Shown here piece by piece: positions 1 through 9,812 of a stretch of 64,000 nt of DNA (its first letter is position 1; the number at the start of each line of letters is the position of its first letter). The notes under the pieces were generated by a model that worked only from the letters and a program-made list of their open reading frames with translations, did no database searches and was not told the origin of the DNA. The position numbers and the translations under genes are program-made. The DNA is from a virus, in IMG/VR virus record IMGVR_UViG_3300010367_000050, positions 1-64,000 of that record; one strand, given 5' to 3'.

Positions 1-794
1 CATTGGTGGCACTTTCCAAACAGAGACATTAGCTTTACATTCTTAGCTAGTCTATCTCTCCCGGCGTCACAGAGAATAGCCTGACCGAGTTTGGATTTTT
101 GTAATGCCTCATTGGGATTCGTTAGCAACTCGGCCAAGTCAAAGTTGTGTTCTGACAGAATCTTCAAGGCGCTAACCTCACCACAACCCCTGATGCCAGG
201 CACGTTGTCGCCATTCGCTGGCTCTCCCATCAGGCACTTGGCAGCTAACCACGCTCTGGGATGTGGATACCCTTGCGTGTATTCTTTGAAGTTATCCACA
301 GTACAGTACTTGTTACCGCTAGGGGAATAAATGCTGACGTACTTGTCAACGACTTGTAGCAAGTCGCGGTCTCCTGTGACGACCAAGCACCGACGTTTCA
401 CCTTTGACGACACAGCAGCTAACATAGCCATAATATCATCAGCTTCATATTTGTGGGAAGTATGCCAGTGAATGGGCAGGAATTGTCCAAAGTTGGTCCA
501 GAAGTCTTCCACCTGAGCATACATTAGTGTGCGCTTCTCTTTGTCTTCTGGAGAATCCCCGCGATGTATCTTGTATACAGGGTCAACCTTCTGACGAATC
601 TTTTTGCTACCGCTCCCATCCCATACCACGTGACAATCAGCAGCAGGATTCTCCCGGAGAACGGCGGATAAGAGACGCAGCAGACCAAACATTACTTCCA
701 CACGTTCTCCTCTTGAGTTTGTTAGCGGGGGGTGGGTTGACGCTAGGCGGTGAGCAGCGTTGCTACCGTCAAAAACAATAACATCAGTCTTCAT
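1..794 (-). CDS. 5'-3' exonuclease / flap endonuclease (Pol I N-terminal or T4 RNase H-like), truncated at window edge
   Basis: Not in ORF track. Manual translation from ATG 794: MKTDVIVFDGSNAAHR...VVWDGSGSKKIRQKVDPVYK...YEADDI...VTGDRDLLQ...GDNVPGIRGCGEV. The ATGA overlaps the HNH gene stop. Confidence 0.92.
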   Translation of the reverse strand, partial: MKTDVIVFDGSNAAHRLASTHPPLTNSRGERVEVMFGLLRLLSAVLRENPAADCHVVWDGSGSKKIRQKVDPVYKIHRGDSPEDKEKRTLMYAQVEDFWTNFGQFLPIHWHTSHKYEADDIMAMLAAVSSKVKRRCLVVTGDRDLLQVVDKYVSIYSPSGNKYCTVDNFKEYTQGYPHPRAWLAAKCLMGEPANGDNVPGIRGCGEVSALKILSEHNFDLAELLTNPNEALQKSKLGQAILCDAGRDRLAKNVKLMSLFGKCHQ

Positions 795-1183
795 CCGTTT
801 CCTCTGTTCCTGGCCCACCAATCCCTCCAGTTTTGTGAGGGAGTTCCCATTTTGATATTGCCGGGCCGATTGTTATGACGATCTGTGTCCAAGTGCCTGA
901 CGTGCTTGCCGCGTTCAAACGCTGCGTTTCCAAACTTGACAAACGCAGCGAACTTGTGTACAGGGACTGGAAAGGTCTGCTTGTTCCTGCTTCTTACACG
1001 TACTTCCAAATACATGTTCCTTGGATTGACCCGCGCCACTAAAGGCTTGCCAGATGCGCTGATGACCTCACCGTCGGGAGTGATTGAATATCCCTTGGAG
1101 ACCATGTCGATACAGCACCAATGAGCGTGGGTGATACAAATCAACCCTTTGTCCAACACTAAAGCTCGCATTCGTGAAAACAC
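791..1183 (-). CDS. HNH endonuclease (free-standing, homing-type)
   Basis: VHKFAA...HVRHLDTDRHNNRPGNIKMGTPSQN HNH motif; exact start uncertain. Confidence 0.85.
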   Translation of the reverse strand: MFSRMRALVLDKGLICITHAHWCCIDMVSKGYSITPDGEVISASGKPLVARVNPRNMYLEVRVRSRNKQTFPVPVHKFAAFVKFGNAAFERGKHVRHLDTDRHNNRPGNIKMGTPSQNWRDWWARNRGNG

Positions 1184-1407
1184 CTGTCTGGGGGAGGTGC
1201 TGGACGCTTGCCCGCGTCCCTGTCTTTCAAAGCTTGATGAAACACTCCGGCAACCCTTCCAGCCTTAGCCCATCTTGGAATGGGTTTGTAGCTTGCCCAT
1301 CTGTAAGTGCCGTCCTTGGCTTTGTAAATGGTCTTGTACCGCTCATAATACTCGGCATCGAGCAGTATCTGCGGCTGAGGCGGATTGGATGTACCGGAGG
1401 GAATCAT
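1159..1407 (-). CDS. hypothetical protein
   Basis: 82 aa ORF abutting the recA stop, in operon orientation. Confidence 0.55.
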   Translation of the reverse strand: MIPSGTSNPPQPQILLDAEYYERYKTIYKAKDGTYRWASYKPIPRWAKAGRVAGVFHQALKDRDAGKRPAPPPDRCFHECEL

Positions 1408-2505
1408 TTAGTTGTCCTCTTCAACACCAGCACGTTTCAAAGCCTCCAAGTATCTTGTGATGTTGATGTCTGTGTGTTTGACATCATAGCAGCGAGCCAA
1501 TGCTGCCTTGGTCCAGTTGGGATTCTTTGCCATAAAGCCAGGCAAGGTATGTACGGTGATGCTTTTATCTTTTATCTTGTAGATACCGCCAGTGCCGCCC
1601 GTGACAAGCTTCTTGGCTTTCAGAGTCTCCAAGAAGTTGAACACCATGTCAATGCCGCGGTGGTCAAACATGATGCGGAACGTGATCTTGCGAAGTGGCG
1701 GGCCAACCTTATTCTTCACAACTTTGGCTTCAGTCTTCATGCCGATAATCCGACGTTCCTTGTCCTTCTTGTTATTGTCGACCTGCCCTGCCTTCTTGAA
1801 CAGAATTCGCACGGAGCACCAATGCTTCACAGCACGACCACCAGGCGTGTCAATGTTACCTTCTTCTGTGAAAGCCATGGCGCCAATCTTGTCTCGCACC
1901 TGATTGATAATGATCACGGACATATGATCAGGGACAGCTTGAGCCAACTTGGGTAAATTGCGGCTATTACAACGAGACGCTACACCCACCAGCTGATCAT
2001 CAGTATCAGCTTCGAGTTCAGCCTTCGGTATCAGGGATGGAAGCGAGTCAATACCCATAAGAATCAAGGCATTCGGTGGCATGGACTTCTTCTGAGCCCA
2101 CTCTGCTATGAGCAGTGCTCGTTCATAAAACTCTTCTAAGGTATCCACAGCGATAATGTGAAGCTGCTCTGGATCACCGCCCATCTGACGATAACGATCT
2201 GAATCAAAGGTTCCTTCGCCATCCACAACAAAGTTGATCCCACCGTTGCGAGCATTCTCAATCATGGTCATCATCAAAGCTGTGGTCTTGCCACTGGATT
2301 CCGCCCCAAAGAATTCAATGAGACGCTTCCCAGGTATGCCCCAGCTTGTTGCGTCATCGAGTTCATAAACGCCTGTACTCGTGTGGTGCGTGATGGCAGA
2401 ATTGCGGTTGTCCTTCAAAGGCACAATTGACCCAGCCCCATATTTCTTATGGAAGGACTGGGTCAAGTCGCCTATACCGTTGCTGGTAGAGGTCTTTGTT
2501 GTCAA
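1408..2505 (-). CDS. recA: RecA/UvsX recombinase
   Basis: GAESSGKTT Walker A, GIDSL, IINQVRDKIG, TPGGRAVKH, KVVKNKVGPP. Likely start TTG 2505 with AGGAG upstream, right after the dUTPase stop. Confidence 0.95.
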   Translation of the reverse strand: MTTKTSTSNGIGDLTQSFHKKYGAGSIVPLKDNRNSAITHHTSTGVYELDDATSWGIPGKRLIEFFGAESSGKTTALMMTMIENARNGGINFVVDGEGTFDSDRYRQMGGDPEQLHIIAVDTLEEFYERALLIAEWAQKKSMPPNALILMGIDSLPSLIPKAELEADTDDQLVGVASRCNSRNLPKLAQAVPDHMSVIIINQVRDKIGAMAFTEEGNIDTPGGRAVKHWCSVRILFKKAGQVDNNKKDKERRIIGMKTEAKVVKNKVGPPLRKITFRIMFDHRGIDMVFNFLETLKAKKLVTGGTGGIYKIKDKSITVHTLPGFMAKNPNWTKAALARCYDVKHTDINITRYLEALKRAGVEEDN

Positions 2506-2506
2506 G

Positions 2507-2965
2507 TTACGCTCCTGTGGAACCGTGTCCACCTTCACCACGTTCGGTTTCATCCAGTTCATCTACCTGGATGGCTTCTCCCATAAAGAATGGGATATAG
2601 CCAATCTGGCAGATACGGTCTCCGGCTTCCCATTCAAAAGGCTCCGTTCCCCGATTTTCCAGGTGAATGGTGATGTCACCGCGATAATCGTTGTCGATGA
2701 GACCTTCCCAGAACAGCCGGACACTCTTCTTGGAAGCCATGCCAGAGCGACTGATCATCAGACCGTGAAGCCTGAACTCATGACCCATGATGTGGGTGCC
2801 AACGTTTACACGGTGCTTTACGCCTGTGTTGACCCGTACCCTGTCTCCAGGAAAAACCACCCCATTGGTGGGAGCATACAGGTCAAAGGCGCCAGACCCT
2901 GGCGTGGATCTCTTGGGGAGAACCGCACCAGGGTGAGTGAGTTTGAATTCAATGCGCGCTGTCAC
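2507..2965 (-). CDS. dut: trimeric dUTPase
   Basis: Motifs AFDL, SRSGMA, GLIDNDYRGDI, GDRICQ, RGEGGHGSTG. Start GTG 2965 immediately after the SSB stop. Confidence 0.95.
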   Translation of the reverse strand: MTARIEFKLTHPGAVLPKRSTPGSGAFDLYAPTNGVVFPGDRVRVNTGVKHRVNVGTHIMGHEFRLHGLMISRSGMASKKSVRLFWEGLIDNDYRGDITIHLENRGTEPFEWEAGDRICQIGYIPFFMGEAIQVDELDETERGEGGHGSTGA

Positions 2966-2966
2966 G

Positions 2967-4139
2967 TTATTTTGTCTTTCCTTTCTTGTGCTTTTCCAGT
3001 ATTTCGTCCAGGCTGTCAAGGTCATCGTCATCGTCGTCAGCCACCGGCTTCTTGGGGGTTGTCTTGGCCTTAGTCTTGGTCTTGGGGGTTTCTTCCTCTT
3101 CCTCCTCAACCTCCTCTTCCTCATCCACAGGCTCAGGGAATTCCTTCAGGTATTCCTTTGCCGGCTTGGATGGACGCTTACCCTCTTCAAGAGGCGGCGC
3201 ATCACCGTGACCGTTGACGCAGACATTGCCGGATGGGCTCTTGTATCGGTTCAGTCCGCAAACGGAGCAACGAGACTTCAGCTTAGGGAACTTGGTGACG
3301 TCCACCTCATCCTCTTCACTTTCGTCTTCATCCGGTTCGGGCTCAACCACCTTTGGTTTCTTCGCCGGAGCCTTCTCCGGGGCCTTAGACGTGGACTTTG
3401 CCGGCTTCTCATCTTCATCCTCATCGTCTTCGTCCTTGGCAGCGTCCTTGAGAGCAGCCCAGCCCTCATCCCAGACCAGCTTGGCCTTCTCAGGCTCGCC
3501 GCCGAACTGACTAAGCAAGTCCGTGAGATCGACAATCTTGGTGTCCTCAGCATCTTTGCCGATGAATGCCTTGATCTTCTTGGGGTCCTCGAAAAGTGGA
3601 CTGGGACGACGCTTGGGAACAACCTTGTACTCGGTGTTCAGGTCTTTGCCACTCTTCTTGACAATAAGGTCCACGCCCTCGTTGACGTCCAACAAATCGG
3701 CGTAGTCATCGGACGCGAGCAGAGTCAGAATCTCCGTGAGAAGCTGAGGACCACACTCCACGGTCTTCTGCTGGTCGTCATCGTCACGGTCGAGCACGTT
3801 GAAAAAGTACCGGCTCTTGCCCTGCTGATCACGACCCATCTGCTGGTCTTTCTTGTCCTTGGAGTTCAACAGTTCCTTGATCTCAGGGCAAATCTCGCAG
3901 GTATCACCCTTGGTTCCATCCTCGCCGTTGAGGCAGATGACCTTGACGCGGTCTTTCTTGTTCCCCTTGGAGTGGAACATGACTTCAACATAGAAGCCAT
4001 CCATATTGGGGTGTCCGGGCACGATACGGATGTTGTTGTCGCCGTCCTGGAACTCCATGTAATTCTTCTTGTACTTGGAGTTCTTGGACTTCAACTTCTC
4101 CAAAACTTTTTTGTATTTGAGCTGTTCTTCAGTTGCCAT
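2967..4139 (-). CDS. single-stranded DNA-binding protein (T4 gp32-like) with long acidic tail
   Basis: NNIRIVP, CL...CEIC, YFFNVLDR, GVDLIVKKSG..TEY, acidic C-terminus DDDDDDLDSLDEIL; replication context. Confidence 0.8.
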   Translation of the reverse strand: MATEEQLKYKKVLEKLKSKNSKYKKNYMEFQDGDNNIRIVPGHPNMDGFYVEVMFHSKGNKKDRVKVICLNGEDGTKGDTCEICPEIKELLNSKDKKDQQMGRDQQGKSRYFFNVLDRDDDDQQKTVECGPQLLTEILTLLASDDYADLLDVNEGVDLIVKKSGKDLNTEYKVVPKRRPSPLFEDPKKIKAFIGKDAEDTKIVDLTDLLSQFGGEPEKAKLVWDEGWAALKDAAKDEDDEDEDEKPAKSTSKAPEKAPAKKPKVVEPEPDEDESEEDEVDVTKFPKLKSRCSVCGLNRYKSPSGNVCVNGHGDAPPLEEGKRPSKPAKEYLKEFPEPVDEEEEVEEEEEETPKTKTKAKTTPKKPVADDDDDDLDSLDEILEKHKKGKTK

Positions 4140-4654
4140 TAGGCGTCATCTCTCTTTCCTGGAAATTTGCCGATATTACGGGTTGAAGCGTCAGGACGGA
4201 TTCGAGGCTCCGATTCCTGAAACATGTTGTTGTTGGACTTGGTGTACAAAGCCACAAGCATATCTCTGCGTTGCTGAAACGCCCACACCAAAGATTCCAG
4301 TGTGGCAGCGGTTACCTTGAAGTTGATGTACGCGTCCTGAGCATCACGAAAAGTCTTGGAGGCACGCACGGCGTACTTGATGCTTTCCTCAGTGATCTTG
4401 AACCCGTTGGGCAAGCCGTCTTTCCTGTACTTGTCATCCAAGCGAGCAAAAATCTGAGTCATGGAAGTCTCCAAAGCATCCAGCTGATTTTGTGCCTGGT
4501 CCCGGAGTGTGGCGTAGAACGCAAACGTGGACGCCTGTGTTTGTAGACACTCTCCCAAGTTGCCCATGTCAATTTCAAGGTCTTCCTCGGGGTGGAGCGT
4601 GTACTTCTTGCCGAATAGCTCCACCTCCAGTTCCTTCATTGGTTCAAACGCCAT
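4139..4654 (-). CDS. recombination mediator UvsY-like protein
   Basis: EDLEID...helical...AFQQRRDML pattern, adjacent to SSB and near RecA. Confidence 0.6.
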   Translation of the reverse strand: MAFEPMKELEVELFGKKYTLHPEEDLEIDMGNLGECLQTQASTFAFYATLRDQAQNQLDALETSMTQIFARLDDKYRKDGLPNGFKITEESIKYAVRASKTFRDAQDAYINFKVTAATLESLVWAFQQRRDMLVALYTKSNNNMFQESEPRIRPDASTRNIGKFPGKRDDA

Positions 4655-4709
4655 AAGTCTTCTCTCCTCTGTACTTTATAAAACATCTTGTCCTCGGTAA
4701 AAGTCGGTA

Positions 4710-7373
4710 TTACGCGGCTTGTTTCCATACTTCCTCTACAATGACCGGAAGTTCACTGAGCTTCTTGACGTCCTTCAGCTGACCCCAGTTCTTGCCAATA
4801 GAGCAATCTGCCACTACTGGAACTCCATCGAGCCATCCGTCATGCGGCGGATTCTCCATGATCCTCTTCACGGCATCGCATACAGCCTCCATCTCTTCCA
4901 TCTTGACAAGCAGGATGATAGAATCATGTACCGTGAGGATGATCTTGGACTGCATCTTGTTCTTGATCAACCAAGCCCGAATGCTAGCGATGGATTGTAA
5001 CGTCCAATCTGAAGCTGTAGCCTGAATGGGCGAGTTGACTCCTTGACGTTCAGCTTTGGCAACAATGTCCTCTTCAGGCGAGAACACAGAGGCCAACCGT
5101 CTGCGGCGTCCGTAAGGAGTGTCAATGTAACCTTGCTCACGCACAAGCTTCTTGGTGTTGTTGATCCAAATCTTGACGCGCTTGAACCGCTTGAAGTAGA
5201 TGCGGATGAATTCCTTGGCTTCTTCCACAGAGCAGCCAATTGTCTTCGCAAGCTTCCTCGGACCCTGACCGTATACAAGACCAAAGTTGATAGTCTTGGC
5301 GACGTTACGTTGGTAGTCAGTAACATCTTCAATAGCAACATTGAATGCCTCAGCTGCAGCACGGCGGTGAATGTCTTCGCCGTCCTGGTAGGCTTTCATC
5401 AGCACAGGGTCTCGCGTCAACGCAGCGAGTACACGAAGCTCAGCCTGAGAATAATCGAATTGAACTATAGCATATCCAGGAATGGCCGCGAACATCTTCT
5501 TGATGGACGGCCAATTACCATCCACAAACGGCTCTCGGGGGTCTGCCTTGAGATTCTTCGGAATCTGCTGGAGGTTGGGATTAGACATAGACAACCGTCC
5601 AGTTTCTGTCCCGGCCACGTTACATGATCCACGAAGTCTCCCATCATCGCAGATCATATCATCCAAGTTCTTGACGAACATGGAATACAACGTGCTCATC
5701 TTGATATAACGGCCCAGCCCCATAATGATATCGTGTTTGTGTTCAAACCACAGAGACTTCATTGTCTCTTTGTCTGTACTGGGGCTTTTGCCACTCTTGG
5801 CAAGCTTGATAGGCTCGAAGCCTAGCAACTCGAACAACAATCTGCGCTTCTGATGCGTGGACTTGGGGTTGAATGTTACAGGCTTGACGGTTACAGGCTT
5901 GAGCTTAGCTCGCTCAATGTCTCCCCGCAACCTGCGTAACTTGGTAGAAGCCTTGTCTGGGTCTACCTGTTCAAGCTCTTGAATCTCTTCAAACCGCTTT
6001 TCAAACCTGGCCTTGCGCTCAGCCTTTTTCTTCTTGATCTGAGTCTTTGTAATCTCATTTTCAATCTGAAGTACCTCGGGGAACTCCCGAAGCCTGGTGA
6101 GCTCTTCATCCAGAAGACGTTCGTATTCAGTCTTGCAATGTTTATGCCAGTCTCTATCAATCGGTGCGCCGGTGTAATATAGATCAGCCAATGCCCTGGT
6201 AGCGGGCATAACAACCTTGTAGAAGACATCCTTGAAGCCCTCATCAATAATAGGCTGAAGCTTCTCATACACACGGTAGGTAACGTCAGCGTCAGCAGCT
6301 GCGTACGTCCACAGGATATCCAGCGGTATATTGCCATATGATCCACCTTGGTCAGGATCAGCTTCCGGGTGACTTGCTTTATAAGCATCCAAGGCATCAT
6401 CGTAGCCACCCATATCTGTATATTCCCACGCGAGAATCTTGAGGCCATGGGTGCCCTTCTCCTCTGTAACTCCGATGTGATGAGCCAGCAGGGTATCAAA
6501 GTCAAACTTAGCGACTCTGATCTTCAGCACTTTCCGGATGTACATCGTATCGAACTGCCCATTATGAGCAATCTTACGAATATGCGTTGTCTCGAATAGT
6601 GACCGGAGTGTTCTGATTATGTAACTGTGCTGCTCCTTGGTCCACGGACTATCCTTATGATCAACCGGAACAACCCAAGCCTTTCCAGCTTTATTTGAGA
6701 AGGCTATAACCTCGACCTTAGCTGGATGAGGCTTGGAGCGAAACGGATTGAGGCTTGAAGACTCAATATCAAACGAAAAGCTCTTAGAGTTCCAGAGCTC
6801 AAACACCATCTTCTTGAACTTGCTAATCGAGTCCACAAGAAGATGATTCGTGGACATAGGTTTGGCTATCTTACCAGCGCCAGCATCCTGAATCTTTTGG
6901 AGGTCAGCTACAAACGTAGCCAGAGAATCGGGGTAGGCAATAACTTGAGTTGGTTGTAGAGTCGGTACACATACGTGCCCGTTTACTTCAAGCACAGCGC
7001 CGTGAGCCATCAGAATTGACTTCTGCTTGGCTACAACCTTACAAGCTGTAGCGCCCATGGGAATCAAGATGGCGGATGGGGATACTCGCTCCAAGAGGGC
7101 GTCTAACAGCGGCCTACACCGTTCAGCCTCTTTGATCTGCGCTTTGAGGTCTTGACCTCCCTGGCATCGAGTCAGGAAGGCCACCTCTACATCGTCTGTG
7201 GGAAAGTCGCACTGCTTCAGCAACTTGACAAGGGTCTTCCTCGCACTATGGGAGTACTGCTCCATAATGAAGAGATACTTGGGGCTGTAATTGAATTCGA
7301 GCGGTGGCAACCACGTAACCGCTGCGCAAGACATCTTACATCCCTGGCACCCAGGATGATTTTTTACTGACAA
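4710..7373 (-). CDS. family A DNA polymerase with N-terminal UDG-like domain and 3'-5' exonuclease
   Basis: FDIESS, AHNGQFD, YAAADAD (exo I-III); TGRLSMSNPNLQQIP, DYSQAELR, AKTINFGLVYG, TVHDS (pol A motifs); N-terminal Cys-containing UDG-like region (MGATA, PTLQP). Confidence 0.96.
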   Translation of the reverse strand: MSVKNHPGCQGCKMSCAAVTWLPPLEFNYSPKYLFIMEQYSHSARKTLVKLLKQCDFPTDDVEVAFLTRCQGGQDLKAQIKEAERCRPLLDALLERVSPSAILIPMGATACKVVAKQKSILMAHGAVLEVNGHVCVPTLQPTQVIAYPDSLATFVADLQKIQDAGAGKIAKPMSTNHLLVDSISKFKKMVFELWNSKSFSFDIESSSLNPFRSKPHPAKVEVIAFSNKAGKAWVVPVDHKDSPWTKEQHSYIIRTLRSLFETTHIRKIAHNGQFDTMYIRKVLKIRVAKFDFDTLLAHHIGVTEEKGTHGLKILAWEYTDMGGYDDALDAYKASHPEADPDQGGSYGNIPLDILWTYAAADADVTYRVYEKLQPIIDEGFKDVFYKVVMPATRALADLYYTGAPIDRDWHKHCKTEYERLLDEELTRLREFPEVLQIENEITKTQIKKKKAERKARFEKRFEEIQELEQVDPDKASTKLRRLRGDIERAKLKPVTVKPVTFNPKSTHQKRRLLFELLGFEPIKLAKSGKSPSTDKETMKSLWFEHKHDIIMGLGRYIKMSTLYSMFVKNLDDMICDDGRLRGSCNVAGTETGRLSMSNPNLQQIPKNLKADPREPFVDGNWPSIKKMFAAIPGYAIVQFDYSQAELRVLAALTRDPVLMKAYQDGEDIHRRAAAEAFNVAIEDVTDYQRNVAKTINFGLVYGQGPRKLAKTIGCSVEEAKEFIRIYFKRFKRVKIWINNTKKLVREQGYIDTPYGRRRRLASVFSPEEDIVAKAERQGVNSPIQATASDWTLQSIASIRAWLIKNKMQSKIILTVHDSIILLVKMEEMEAVCDAVKRIMENPPHDGWLDGVPVVADCSIGKNWGQLKDVKKLSELPVIVEEVWKQAA

Positions 7374-7391
7374 AACTCTCCCCTTGAGTTA

Positions 7392-7967
7392 CTAGACCGT
7401 GTGGTGTACGCCGTGAGGACGGCAATGATCACAAATTTCAGTTATGCCGTGATCGCAGCTGGGTTCACTAACCTCACGCGGAGCCATCATCTTGGCTTTC
7501 TCCAGTTCAGCAGTTACAGACACCAAGAACCGTTTGTATAGGTCCGGACGCCGTACAAACACCCAGGCGCATAGTTTCATGGCGTACGCAGCTAGATCGA
7601 CACACGTGTCCACAAAGGTCTCGCCATTCTCTTCACGGAGTTCCTCCATATACGCTGTAGATGTAATCTGCGAGGCTATACGCTCCCACTTACGCTCCAT
7701 ATTGAAGAACATAGACAGCAACCCGCGCTTAGACCAGCTGTTGTCGTAATACACATTCTTGGCCAATTGGAGGAGGTTGACATACTTGGAAACACGCATA
7801 AAATCTTCTTCAATGCGGTGATCGCGCTTGGCTTCAGCATTGAGATGAGTGAGCTCTGGAACCTTTGAGATTGAAATGTGATTAGCAGCATAGTCCATAG
7901 CAATCTCAAGCTCTGTGATCTGGTGTTTTAGGGCAGGCAAAACGTCTTTATGTCCAACGTTTATCAT
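7392..7967 (-). CDS. nucleotide modification-associated domain 1 (Nmad1/DUF1599-like) protein
   Basis: KNVYYDNSW..RG...RKWERI...ETFVDTCVDLAAY pattern, inside the modification cluster. Confidence 0.7.
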   Translation of the reverse strand: MINVGHKDVLPALKHQITELEIAMDYAANHISISKVPELTHLNAEAKRDHRIEEDFMRVSKYVNLLQLAKNVYYDNSWSKRGLLSMFFNMERKWERIASQITSTAYMEELREENGETFVDTCVDLAAYAMKLCAWVFVRRPDLYKRFLVSVTAELEKAKMMAPREVSEPSCDHGITEICDHCRPHGVHHTV

Positions 7968-8560
7968 AGGCGGGATTGAGCCTCCATAAGCAAGTAATCG
8001 ATACTGAGGGGAGATACGCCAAACAGCCCTTCCAACGACTCCTTAGCGGCCTCCAATCTGCGTTTGTAGCTCGTGAGCACAAGATGTAGTGCCGTGTTCC
8101 CCAAATCCATTTCATCCAAACAAAACAGGATACCTTCGGCGCAATCTGCTGCGTCGATCAAGACTCCCACTCCTGTGTGATATGACTCTGTAATCAGTAG
8201 ATTACCCCATAGCTCGTGTAGGTAGTTTGCCTCAGCTGTCTCTATCTGGGGGAACAACTGTTTGATATCCCAAGTGACATCTCCAAACTTGGATTCGCCC
8301 ATATCGTGTTTGATGATCCCAAGAAGAACCTCTCTGGAAATCACCCTCCAATATTCCACGCCCTTAGTGTGATTCATCCCTGCGTTATGGGCGGCATAGC
8401 GCACTTGGAGGTCTGATACAAACAACAGAGCCAACTGACAAGCCCTTCCAACGTGTTCGGCATCGCTCTGCTTACGATGGACTAACAGGCGACTGTACCT
8501 GAACACGTGTGACTGAGCACGTATTACTTGTATGATTTCAGATATGCGAATGTCTGACAT
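7964..8560 (-). CDS. HD-domain 5'-deoxynucleotidase (YfbR-like)
   Basis: RY...QSDAEH...HDMGESKFGD...ADCAE. Confidence 0.8.
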   Translation of the reverse strand: MSDIRISEIIQVIRAQSHVFRYSRLLVHRKQSDAEHVGRACQLALLFVSDLQVRYAAHNAGMNHTKGVEYWRVISREVLLGIIKHDMGESKFGDVTWDIKQLFPQIETAEANYLHELWGNLLITESYHTGVGVLIDAADCAEGILFCLDEMDLGNTALHLVLTSYKRRLEAAKESLEGLFGVSPLSIDYLLMEAQSRL

Positions 8561-8561
8561 G

Positions 8562-9707
8562 CTAACCTTTCTGTGCGTCGAAGTCTTTGATCATCCAAGC
8601 CATATGATACGGTAGAGTTTCCAGGATGCTATTGTAAACATCCACCGCGTTCTTGGACTTTCGGCAATGATACATAAACATGACTCGGAACACAGCTTGC
8701 CAATACTCCGGGACATTGAACCGTCCAAAGAAGTCTTCCAGCATCATGAACTTGCTCTGATAGAAAGCTCCGATGGTACTTGGAGATATGTCCTCTTCCT
8801 TGATGCGTTTCAGCCATTGACGCAATAGCTTTTCAAAGGGATTCCAAGCCTTGACCATGAACAGATCGAATGCCTTCAAATCCCATTCCATGGGAGCCAG
8901 GCCGTCGAACATAGTTCGGCTGACAAAATCCAAGTCAACCTTGCGAGACTCAACGCTCTCTGCCCACCCAATCACAGACTCCAGAGCATCAGGGTAGAGG
9001 TTTTTGTAGTAATGGAGGTTGGAGCACATTACTGTGAATGTTCCAACAGTTAGCCCCAATGACCCAGCAATTAGAGCCTGAAGGTGAACAAACTGGCACA
9101 TATTGTAGGGAGTGCCCCACACGAGGTCATTCGAGCGAATTACTACGACCACATTCAGCTTGCCTTCACGCTGAGAGAAATAGATTATGTTGTTGCAGGG
9201 GTAATCCTTGGAGACGGTGTAGTTGTCCTTTACAACGTCCCACAGGCACACGGCTGCTTGCCTCGTATGCTCGTCACCCTGTATCTTGCGGATCACGTGG
9301 TCCAACTGATCGATCTCAACGGACTCTGGAGCCTGACCGGTGCTTACCAGGTATGGCAGTGACCTCCAGGGTTCTTCACGGTAACCCCAATGACGAACAC
9401 GCTTCCCATAAGCCGCGTTGAAGTATGGGATACCAGGGTCCAAGAACTGGCTAATACTGCTGTTGTAGAATGTAATGAAGTCTGCGCCACCCATTCCCGA
9501 CCACATCCAAACAACTTCCGCCAGGGCAAAGAACGGATTGAGCCTACGGCCAGAGATACACAGAGCCCATTCCTGTGGATGTGTCAGGGTCCACGCCTGG
9601 GGATACGCAGCCTCTATACACTCCTGACCCCTAGGGATTACCAGGTTACCATTGCGTACACGTTGAACTAACTGGGGGTAGACAGTCATAATGTTGCGAG
9701 AAATCAT
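8562..9707 (-). CDS. thymidylate synthase-family enzyme, probably dUMP hydroxymethylase
   Basis: AYGKR, TRQA, DYPCN catalytic Cys, RSNDLVWGTPYN (Asn = dUMP-type specificity), NLHYY; next to 5-hmU kinase/transferase genes. Confidence 0.85.
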   Translation of the reverse strand: MISRNIMTVYPQLVQRVRNGNLVIPRGQECIEAAYPQAWTLTHPQEWALCISGRRLNPFFALAEVVWMWSGMGGADFITFYNSSISQFLDPGIPYFNAAYGKRVRHWGYREEPWRSLPYLVSTGQAPESVEIDQLDHVIRKIQGDEHTRQAAVCLWDVVKDNYTVSKDYPCNNIIYFSQREGKLNVVVVIRSNDLVWGTPYNMCQFVHLQALIAGSLGLTVGTFTVMCSNLHYYKNLYPDALESVIGWAESVESRKVDLDFVSRTMFDGLAPMEWDLKAFDLFMVKAWNPFEKLLRQWLKRIKEEDISPSTIGAFYQSKFMMLEDFFGRFNVPEYWQAVFRVMFMYHCRKSKNAVDVYNSILETLPYHMAWMIKDFDAQKG

Positions 9708-9761
9708 GTGCTAAGCTTATCCTCTACGATTAGAAACGATTGAACCCCTTAGAGGTTCTAG

Positions 9762-9795
9762 ACACGAATAGCTGCCCTAGGGCAGCTATTCGTGT
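9762..9795. repeat. perfect 34-bp palindrome (hairpin)
   Basis: ACACGAATAGCTGCCCT|AGGGCAGCTATTCGTGT, intergenic. Confidence 0.9.
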
Positions 9796-9812
9796 AGTCT
9801 GATTGGAATGAT

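Noticed and set aside
2937-4142. Long plus-strand ORFs antisense to SSB, recA, the acidic protein and capsid genes (also 1174..1956, 13715..14504, 43994..44599, 62990..63506)
   Set aside because: Shadow ORFs from biased codon usage on the coding strand; Leu/Ser-rich with no RBS or motifs.
5850-6080. Intein or intron in the DNA polymerase
   Set aside because: The insert is a short Lys/Glu-rich coiled coil with no intein terminal motifs, and the frame is uninterrupted.
8562-9707. dCMP hydroxymethylase (T4 gp42-like)
   Set aside because: The specificity position reads Asn (GTPYN), the dUMP type, and a dCMP deaminase is present.
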